Translations under genes and position numbers: made by a program | The notes under the pieces: generated by a model | Database searches by the model: none | Told to the model about the DNA's origin: nothing | The model's input: the letters and a program-made list of their open reading frames with translations, nothing else | Part shown: one piece after another, positions 57,013 to 64,000 of the stretch | Position numbering within the stretch: position 1 is the first letter of the stretch | How the letters are laid out: every line of letters starts with the position of its first letter | Source of the DNA: a virus | Length of the DNA: 64,000 nucleotides | Direction: 5' to 3' (one strand) | Virus record (IMG/VR): IMGVR_UViG_3300045988_111187 | Span: 1 to 64,000 of that record

Positions 57013-57501
57013 TTATTTCAAACGTTCTACAATCAACTTCTTTAAATCTTCAAATGAATCAGTAAGATCATTGACCTTATTTTCTATACCAGCTATTTTA
57101 CGATCTTGCTCTCTTGTCTGTTTAAATGCTGGGTTAACTTCTTCCAATATGGATTCACAAGCTTCGATCTTTGCACGATGAGTATCTACGCTATCTATTA
57201 TTTCCTGACTGGTGTTTTTTATAGCATTCAATTCATTCATAATAGGATCTATGCTTGTAGACAATGTTATTCCCATTGCTTTAGCCACATTCTGGGATTC
57301 GGGAACTGTATAGGTCTTGGTTTCTCCTGTAAGCTCCACTGTAAGATCCACCACGCGCGTCTGCATGGTCTGGTATTGTCCAGGCTGCGGAGGAAGGTAT
57401 CTTGGTTCCGATACGGCTACCACTCTTCCCAATTCGTATTTAGGTACTGTATTAGTATCAAGGGTATGTACCTGAAACCCTTTCTTTAAATCTGAAAACA
57501 T
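57013..57501 (-). CDS. hypothetical protein (162 aa)
   Basis: ORF. Confidence 0.5.
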   Translation of the reverse strand: MFSDLKKGFQVHTLDTNTVPKYELGRVVAVSEPRYLPPQPGQYQTMQTRVVDLTVELTGETKTYTVPESQNVAKAMGITLSTSIDPIMNELNAIKNTSQEIIDSVDTHRAKIEACESILEEVNPAFKQTREQDRKIAGIENKVNDLTDSFEDLKKLIVERLK

Positions 57502-57572
57502 GACCGAAATATTTATCTGTTAGAAAAATAGGGTGATAGTCCCTATGACCAGGTTTATCACCCTACTAAAAA

Positions 57573-57986
57573 TCATTTGCTTACCTTAGTTTCAGACGCC
57601 TGGGCTGCCGCTACTGGAACACAGCAATCCATTAATCTTAACACGCCACGAACTTTATTGAAGTACAGAAGGCGTTCTGTGCCATTTACCATAGCATCAC
57701 CCGTGACAGCTACGTTAATAGGGTTCACGACATTCACTCCCGTAACCGGGCAACAGGTGTCGGCTCCTACTGTTGAAACTGTGCTGTTTGCCGGGACCGC
57801 AATCTGTACCGGTAGAGCACTTCCGGCTGTGGGGACTACTTGCCTTATCTTAAGAAGGATAAGACCCTCACACGGAAGGGCGATCCAAGCCCGTGGGTTA
57901 ATACCGAAGATTGTATTTGTCGTACTGACAATAACATTCTTCGTAACCATCTCATACAACGATCCTATTTTAGAAACACAAGCCAT
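57573..57986 (-). CDS. hypothetical protein (137 aa)
   Basis: ORF. Confidence 0.45.
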   Translation of the reverse strand: MACVSKIGSLYEMVTKNVIVSTTNTIFGINPRAWIALPCEGLILLKIRQVVPTAGSALPVQIAVPANSTVSTVGADTCCPVTGVNVVNPINVAVTGDAMVNGTERLLYFNKVRGVLRLMDCCVPVAAAQASETKVSK

Positions 57987-58009
57987 ATTAGCCTCCTCTC
58001 TTAATAAAA

Positions 58010-59074
58010 TCAGACAGCAGCGTTGTTATTGCAACATCCGTTGTTACATCCACATCCGTTATTGCAGCAACCTCCTCCGAATACCTGTCCCCAAGTATAG
58101 GACTGATAAGGAGAACAAGAGGGATAAGCAGGAACCGGACAAGGACGTAATTGACCAACGATATTCTGGGTCTGTTGCTGAGATAATGCCGAAGCTGTCA
58201 AAGCCGCTTTTTCTTCACGAAGTTGAGCAATAGTGTTCTGCATCTCCCTCATTTCCAACTGACAGAATTTGTCGTTGATCATAACGGTTTGAGCGTCAAG
58301 TTTCGCAGACAAGATATTGAATTGGCTTGTAGCTTGCTCACGATTGTTAGCCAGACCTTGGTTGAGACCGTTCTGCAAGATATTGGTTTGTTCCAACGTG
58401 CGAAGCTGGTTATCAAAACCTTGCTGAGTAATCATTCCCTGAGTCTGGCAAGTGCTTTGATTGATCAACGAACTCAGATTGCAGCAGCAAGAGCTGATTT
58501 GATTTCCGATTTCACAACCTTGTTGTTGAACTGCGTTGATAACAGCCTGAGAAGTCATACCTACCTGACCAGCTACTTTATCAATAGCACCCTGTACGTT
58601 GCAGATAGCGTTCTGAAGTTGAGTAGTAGAGCAGTTCAAAGCAGAAGCGATCTGATCTATAGCGCTACGATTACCTTGAATTGCCTGCATCAAAAGTTCA
58701 CGACCGTAATCGTTATTCAACTGAGCGGGTAAACCATTGGCGCAACAATCACCACCATTTCCAAAACCGTTACCGAAGCCGCGTCCACCCCACAGCCAGA
58801 ACAAAACAATTATCCAGAGCCACCAACCGTTAGCCCCACCGAAACCGTCCTGGTTGTTACGACCGTTCATCAAAGCCGCCACCAGATTCGGATCCATTTT
58901 ATTACCACCTATTAAATTAGCAAACATGCCGGGAATCATTGAAAGAAGACCGTTAGCGGCTGCACCACCACCGTTAGCCCCGGCTCCATCTAAAAGGACG
59001 ATTTTATCACCACCCATAATTTTATAGTATTTAATTGTTAAACATACGTGCATGAAGCACGTAACAAAGATCAT
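58010..59074 (-). CDS. Gly/Asn/Gln/Cys-rich membrane-anchored protein (up to 354 aa) with a C-terminal CCNNGCGCNNGCCNNN tail
   Basis: hydrophobic WWLWIIVLFWLW segment; Q-rich coiled-coil middle; the real start is probably an internal Met. Confidence 0.5.
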   Translation of the reverse strand: MIFVTCFMHVCLTIKYYKIMGGDKIVLLDGAGANGGGAAANGLLSMIPGMFANLIGGNKMDPNLVAALMNGRNNQDGFGGANGWWLWIIVLFWLWGGRGFGNGFGNGGDCCANGLPAQLNNDYGRELLMQAIQGNRSAIDQIASALNCSTTQLQNAICNVQGAIDKVAGQVGMTSQAVINAVQQQGCEIGNQISSCCCNLSSLINQSTCQTQGMITQQGFDNQLRTLEQTNILQNGLNQGLANNREQATSQFNILSAKLDAQTVMINDKFCQLEMREMQNTIAQLREEKAALTASALSQQQTQNIVGQLRPCPVPAYPSCSPYQSYTWGQVFGGGCCNNGCGCNNGCCNNNAAV

Positions 59075-59342
59075 GATTGCAGGGTGGAATACAGGTGTGT
59101 TTATTTCCTATAGAAGAGAAGTATTTTCAGCAAAAACGGAAGTATAATACACAATAATTAATTTTCCCCATTTAAGGTGAAAAACTGATAATCAGAAACT
59201 TACGCTTTTCCCATTTTGGGTAAAGCGCTGTAAATCAAACCAGGGCCCGCATCACTGCGAGCCCTGATCTCTAAACTAATACCATGAAAAAACTTAAATC
59301 TAAAAACTAAAGAATACACAAATGTATGAAAATGTACGCTTT

Positions 59343-59540
59343 TCACAAAGAATCTGTATCCTGTTCTTTTGTGTGATTCAAGACATGGGATATAGTTCTG
59401 ATACTTAATCCGGTTTGATTTCGTATCAGATTATAAATATAGGATTTTGAAACTACAGTTCTTAATTGACCTAAATCATTCATAATGTTTTTATACATAA
59501 GATGAATGCTGTTATTACGTTTGATGGTACTGATTCTCAT
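59343..59540 (-). CDS. small putative HTH DNA-binding protein (65 aa)
   Basis: TGLSIRTISHVLNH resembles a helix-turn-helix; lies in a 690-nt intergenic region. Confidence 0.3.
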   Translation of the reverse strand: MRISTIKRNNSIHLMYKNIMNDLGQLRTVVSKSYIYNLIRNQTGLSIRTISHVLNHTKEQDTDSL

Positions 59541-59764
59541 TTCCTACCGTTATTAGTTACGTTCTGTTCTTACCTTCCCTATTTTCTATAATCCCTTCCT
59601 GAAACTAATATTGCAAACTTAATAAAAATAATTCATAAACAACGAAAATCTAACTTTTCTTGTATGTTATTGATATACGTGCATATATAAGAAAAGTGAG
59701 ACTTTCACAAGCCTCACTTCCCAAATTATAACTATGAAAAAACTATATTATATATATACAAAAA

Positions 59765-62023
59765 TTATTTGCATTCTAATTTGTTAAGATCATCCAATTC
59801 AGACTTGCTTATGGTCATATCTTGCGTCAAGCCAGATCTGTTTTGGTATGGAGCGTAATCGGTTTCTACTGTCTTAGCCTTCTGGGTAGAATCGTATTTC
59901 ACCTCCGATTCGGTCCCTGTCAGATTTTGGTAGATAGAGCCGGAACTACTTTCGCTTACTTTAGACCATATCTTATTACCTACTCTTATAAAATTATCAT
60001 AAATACCTTCGGCTGTTATAACACCATCTTGCTCTACGATATTAGGGCCCGATTTTTCTTTTAACAGATACGGGTGCCTGGTGTAAAAATAGTGTTCAAA
60101 ATCATTCTCGGCATACGAAGGGTCATACCTATCCAAATAAAACAATTTTGATAAAAAAGGGTCGGTGCTGGTCATGCTATAATCAAACAACATCAACCTG
60201 TCTTTTCCAGATAAAGATAATTCTATTGATTTCAAAATATCAGGATCATCAGAAATAAGACCCAAAGATGGACCAGATTTGAAGTCAAGATACTTATAGG
60301 CATTATCATATAATTTTGTTTTATGGAGTTTGTTGTCAAGGTAATATTGGTATAAATCGAATAAGGATAATGGGTTTTCGCTATCTTGTTTTTTGTTCAT
60401 GTACCGACTAAATTCCCGATCCACATCCGCGTAAGAAACATCAAGTACCGCCGGGTGCCCAAACGCCATCCTGGTCATTATCATGTCCTCCGTGTTCTGA
60501 GGATCCATGAACGATCTGACGTATTTTTTAATGGAATCCATGAGCGTATTATCATCTACGTTCCGTACTTTCTCTTTATCCAAAACGCCGTTCTTAAAAC
60601 AAGATTCAGGATATATTTTAGCAGGAAAGTGAGTTAGGTTGTGCTTGGCTAACACTGTTGATATTTGATACATCTCGTTAAGATCATCTTTGCTGATCCT
60701 TTGATATAGATTATCTCCTACCTTAAGCAATGAGTGTTTCTCAAATGCTTCTACTGGGTCTATATTGGATTCAGAATAAACGATATTCAAATTATCCATA
60801 TACTCCGGTAATAATCCAAAATAATAATCTGTGCTATCACCAAGAACATCATCAATAGAAGATGCCAACGTAGGAGCATAATTTACATCATTGAGCCTGG
60901 CCACATAAATATCAAGATCCATCATCAAATTATCTATCTTATTCAAAGATTCTTCTGTGCCATCATAAGTTTCTGACGCCCCTATTATATCTATGCCAAA
61001 CCACGTACAAGCCTCTTCTATATCCCATATCATGCTTCTTAAATCGGATTCAGTGTCAGCGTTAGCCCTATGTAAATAAGCTGATATACGATCTCTTAGG
61101 AACTCTATTTTGCCGGGATTGTAATAAGACAGATCTTGTAGCTTAGACAAGGATCTTCTCTTGCCTTCTACCACATCATCCCCTTCTATGTTTATTACCG
61201 GAATCTTATTCGTAGATGAAAACTCATCAAACATAGATTCGGCAAATTTTTTATCAGAAATAAATTTCTCGACCAGCTCAGGATACAGGTTCCTCAACGA
61301 TTCAAAAGCAGATGAAAATTCAGAAAAGTTTTTTATGCCGCCTACTGTTTTGCACATAGCCCAATAAAGCTCAGAAGGATTATATGGTACTTTTTTACCA
61401 AATTGGTTAAACACTCCCTCCTTGTAAACAATAGGACCATACTGATAGTCAACAGACATAAAATAATTATCTTTTTCCCTATCATGTTCGTTATTGGAAT
61501 AATCCAATAACTTCCTCATGGATGTCGAAACTTCATTAAGAACAGAAGGATCAGATAAGATTCTACTTATCTCTGTTTCATTATACAAGCCTGATCTTCT
61601 TAAATTCTGCTCATTCAGTATCAAACTACCATCTACATAAAAATAATGAAGAATGATGTTGGATAATGATGGTGCCGTATAAACACCATAGGTAGATAAA
61701 AGAAAATCCCTTACATCCTTAACATCCTGAGCCGTTAGAGGATTGGCAAAATAAGTTTGACGCTTCATATACGACAGTACGTCTTCTAAAAGAGGTTCAC
61801 CATTGGAATCGGTATTAAACATCTCCCCTGGAGCCGGGTTATTCCAATGACCGTAATACGACAAAAAACCAGGAGTGTAAGCCTTAGCCCATACCTGAAG
61901 AGCCCGCTCACTGTTTCCTAATAATTTTAAGGCACTTTCGTAAAGAACGGAAGACTCCCCGTTAGGAGCCTCAACCCGTTCTATTTTATTTTCCTTCTTT
62001 TCTATCTGACATTTGACACCCAT
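59765..62023 (-). CDS. hypothetical protein (752 aa)
   Basis: long ORF. Confidence 0.65.
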   Translation of the reverse strand: MGVKCQIEKKENKIERVEAPNGESSVLYESALKLLGNSERALQVWAKAYTPGFLSYYGHWNNPAPGEMFNTDSNGEPLLEDVLSYMKRQTYFANPLTAQDVKDVRDFLLSTYGVYTAPSLSNIILHYFYVDGSLILNEQNLRRSGLYNETEISRILSDPSVLNEVSTSMRKLLDYSNNEHDREKDNYFMSVDYQYGPIVYKEGVFNQFGKKVPYNPSELYWAMCKTVGGIKNFSEFSSAFESLRNLYPELVEKFISDKKFAESMFDEFSSTNKIPVINIEGDDVVEGKRRSLSKLQDLSYYNPGKIEFLRDRISAYLHRANADTESDLRSMIWDIEEACTWFGIDIIGASETYDGTEESLNKIDNLMMDLDIYVARLNDVNYAPTLASSIDDVLGDSTDYYFGLLPEYMDNLNIVYSESNIDPVEAFEKHSLLKVGDNLYQRISKDDLNEMYQISTVLAKHNLTHFPAKIYPESCFKNGVLDKEKVRNVDDNTLMDSIKKYVRSFMDPQNTEDMIMTRMAFGHPAVLDVSYADVDREFSRYMNKKQDSENPLSLFDLYQYYLDNKLHKTKLYDNAYKYLDFKSGPSLGLISDDPDILKSIELSLSGKDRLMLFDYSMTSTDPFLSKLFYLDRYDPSYAENDFEHYFYTRHPYLLKEKSGPNIVEQDGVITAEGIYDNFIRVGNKIWSKVSESSSGSIYQNLTGTESEVKYDSTQKAKTVETDYAPYQNRSGLTQDMTISKSELDDLNKLECK

Positions 62024-62089
62024 GTTATGAAAAATATTAAATTCAATAAAATCTATTACATTTCTTTATAAGTTTCGGAATGTACCTTC

Positions 62090-63322
62090 TTAACAAAATA
62101 CATTCGTAATCCTTACCGGGTTAAACAATAACCCTCTATCGATTATCCTACGAATTGATTCACAAGAATCACCGACTACTTTTCTCATAATGTTTAATGC
62201 TCCATTTACATCGGCATTAATGAGCTTTCCTGTAGAGGATTGAAATAATCCTCGTTTTCTCCTTTTTCCTAAATAGTTTTCATGTTTTCCTATCTTCTCA
62301 AATGCAAGAGAATCACATTTTGAAGTATATGATTCTTCATTGATAACTATTTCAATACCAGCTAATTCACATTTGTATTCTAAGTAACTAACTAATCTCG
62401 CAAAAGGGATTTGGGTAAACTTTTGGTTATTCTTTTTACCTATATTTACATTTTGTTTCCATCCCTTGTTATAGCCTACAACTAATTTTGTTATCTTGGA
62501 ATCGATAAGTAAATCAACTATCTTTCTACTGATTTTATGAAAGACATCTTCTATGTACTGTTCTCTATCATAATATAATTTCTTTATTCGTTTCGTTATC
62601 CCTTTTATCTTTTGTAAATCTTTGATACTATTTAATTTAGCTAATGTCTTATTGAATAGCTTATTGTATGATTTAACAAATTTACCACTAAATAGAACAG
62701 TAAAATCCTCACTGATAAGAGTTGCAAGATTATCAATCCCTAAATCGATTGAAGCAACTTTCTCTTCCATACCTTTAGACACTTCAATATCTTTTACCTC
62801 ATAAATGATTTCTATTTTATATCCACATGATGATGGTTTTATTCTAATCTGTTTGAAATCTTTTATCAAATCAGAATACTTCTCATATTGAGGAATGGGT
62901 ATTGAAATATCTTTTGATAGGATTATTTTCCCATCTTTTATTTTGCAACTCTGGCTCGTGTAATACAAATTGAACTCAGAACCTCTCTTTTTGTAATTTG
63001 GAAGACCAGGTTTTTCCTTATACTTAGTTGGATGTTTTTTGTAATCTTGGACCGTTTTGTAATAACTTTTAATGTTTTTATCAATAATACGAAGAACTTG
63101 TTGAGAACATTGCGCTTTTAATAATTTGTAATTGATATTCCCATCCAAGTTCTTAGTATTCTTCATGATAGTATCAAGTTCAAAATAAGATAACCACTTA
63201 TCTTCTTTAGAAAGTGTTTCTCTGAAAATATATAACGCCTGATTGTACAAGTTATTGCTAATCTTGCACAAAGATGATATATTTTCATTCTGACCTATGT
63301 TGAACTTATATACTAATATCAT
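62090..63322 (-). CDS. divergent TnpB-like RuvC nuclease (410 aa) with a degenerate zinc finger
   Basis: RuvC-I ASIDLGIDNLATL; EESYTSKC; RuvC-III INADVNGALNIMRK; only one Cys where TnpB has CxxC ... CxxC. Confidence 0.65.
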   Translation of the reverse strand: MILVYKFNIGQNENISSLCKISNNLYNQALYIFRETLSKEDKWLSYFELDTIMKNTKNLDGNINYKLLKAQCSQQVLRIIDKNIKSYYKTVQDYKKHPTKYKEKPGLPNYKKRGSEFNLYYTSQSCKIKDGKIILSKDISIPIPQYEKYSDLIKDFKQIRIKPSSCGYKIEIIYEVKDIEVSKGMEEKVASIDLGIDNLATLISEDFTVLFSGKFVKSYNKLFNKTLAKLNSIKDLQKIKGITKRIKKLYYDREQYIEDVFHKISRKIVDLLIDSKITKLVVGYNKGWKQNVNIGKKNNQKFTQIPFARLVSYLEYKCELAGIEIVINEESYTSKCDSLAFEKIGKHENYLGKRRKRGLFQSSTGKLINADVNGALNIMRKVVGDSCESIRRIIDRGLLFNPVRITNVFC

Positions 63323-63454
63323 GATTTTTAATACATTAAATGCTGTTTACAAATCATACATCTAAGATACGAATTACATTTGTATTACAGAATAGAATCT
63401 ATTATTTTTAATGTTATTTTGCACCATAGTGATAAATATTTTAGGCAAAGTTAA

Positions 63455-63994
63455 TTATAAAACCGACTTATACAATGACGGATCCCAAACTCCTTCTATA
63501 TAAATCTCTGAAAAACTCAAACCACCATCACGAAGAGTAGTGACTTCCAAGCTGGGAATGTTGAAAACAGTGTAAACATCACCAAACTCACGGCTCAACT
63601 TAATAGCATTTCCGCTGTTATCAGCTTCATAATAACAATAACAATAATTTTCATTAATGCTTGGATCATATTCGTACCAATATGTTAGATCTTGTATATG
63701 GTCTTCTATATTACCAATTTTATTTTCACCTAATATAAAAATGCCACTATTGCTATGATGATAAACCATAGATTCATAACCACCATAATTCCAATTACTA
63801 TTAAACATTATGTAACTAACATCGGAATCATGATCTTTTAATACAGGTCCTATATGTATATGAATTTTATTAAACTGACATACATAAGGTCTTTTTCCTC
63901 CAAGCCTTTTTATATCTTCATTAGATAACTTATTATAACATCCTCCCACGAAATTATCCGTAGCATTAAAGAATCTCCTTCTCATACTCAACAC
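63455..63994 (-). CDS. hypothetical protein (179 aa), start near the window edge
   Basis: ORF. Confidence 0.45.
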   Translation of the reverse strand: MLSMRRRFFNATDNFVGGCYNKLSNEDIKRLGGKRPYVCQFNKIHIHIGPVLKDHDSDVSYIMFNSNWNYGGYESMVYHHSNSGIFILGENKIGNIEDHIQDLTYWYEYDPSINENYCYCYYEADNSGNAIKLSREFGDVYTVFNIPSLEVTTLRDGGLSFSEIYIEGVWDPSLYKSVL

Positions 63995-64000
63995 TCTTTG

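Noticed and set aside
51480-63400. TnpA (HUH Y1 transposase) partner for the IscB / TnpB genes
   Set aside because: No ORF with HUH / Y motifs was seen adjacent to any of the three nuclease genes.

Overview
The window is AT-rich (roughly mid-30s % GC by eye) and densely coding, and it looks like part of a large phage or phage-like element. Genes at 572-42174 are almost all on the + strand in tightly packed, often 4-nt-overlapping arrays. A convergent minus-strand block at 42336-63994 meets them at a perfect 18-bp inverted-repeat bidirectional terminator at 42288-42334. Frequent GGAGG-type Shine-Dalgarno sequences suggest a low-GC Gram-positive host; this is inference only.

Recognisable content:
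- A replication and nucleic-acid-metabolism set on the + strand: a putative zinc-ribbon primase, a DnaB-family helicase, an SF2 DEAD/DEAH-type helicase that carries a 316-aa intein in motif II, a Cas4/RecB-like Fe-S nuclease, a second PD-(D/E)XK-like nuclease, a C5-cytosine methyltransferase split at an A9 tract, and an ABC-type ATPase.
- An acyl carrier protein, an NfeD-like protein and a flotillin/SPFH protein, which look like one operon.
- A 2138-aa protein on the minus strand.
- Three IS200/IS605-type RNA-guided nuclease genes on the minus strand with no TnpA: a complete IscB (51517-52737), a canonical TnpB broken by a 1-nt frameshift (54612-55753), and a divergent TnpB-like gene (62090-63322).

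The most striking observation: the roughly 290-nt sequence immediately 5' of iscB, the expected position of its omega-RNA (ωRNA), has a second, inverted, diverged copy about 21 kb away at 31559-31861 on the + strand. That copy has no adjacent nuclease gene. The two copies differ by many compensatory, stem-preserving substitutions. This argues for a conserved structured RNA, possibly a stand-alone or trans-acting ωRNA.

The first 2.8 kb is largely non-coding and repeat-rich: 31-bp terminal tandem repeats, AAACGCGTTT palindromes, five TGATWATCA palindromic 9-mers, a 50-bp tandem repeat, and tRNA-like T-arm hairpins placed about 30 nt upstream of three start codons.

No rRNA, canonical tRNA, CRISPR array, integrase or TnpA was recognised.
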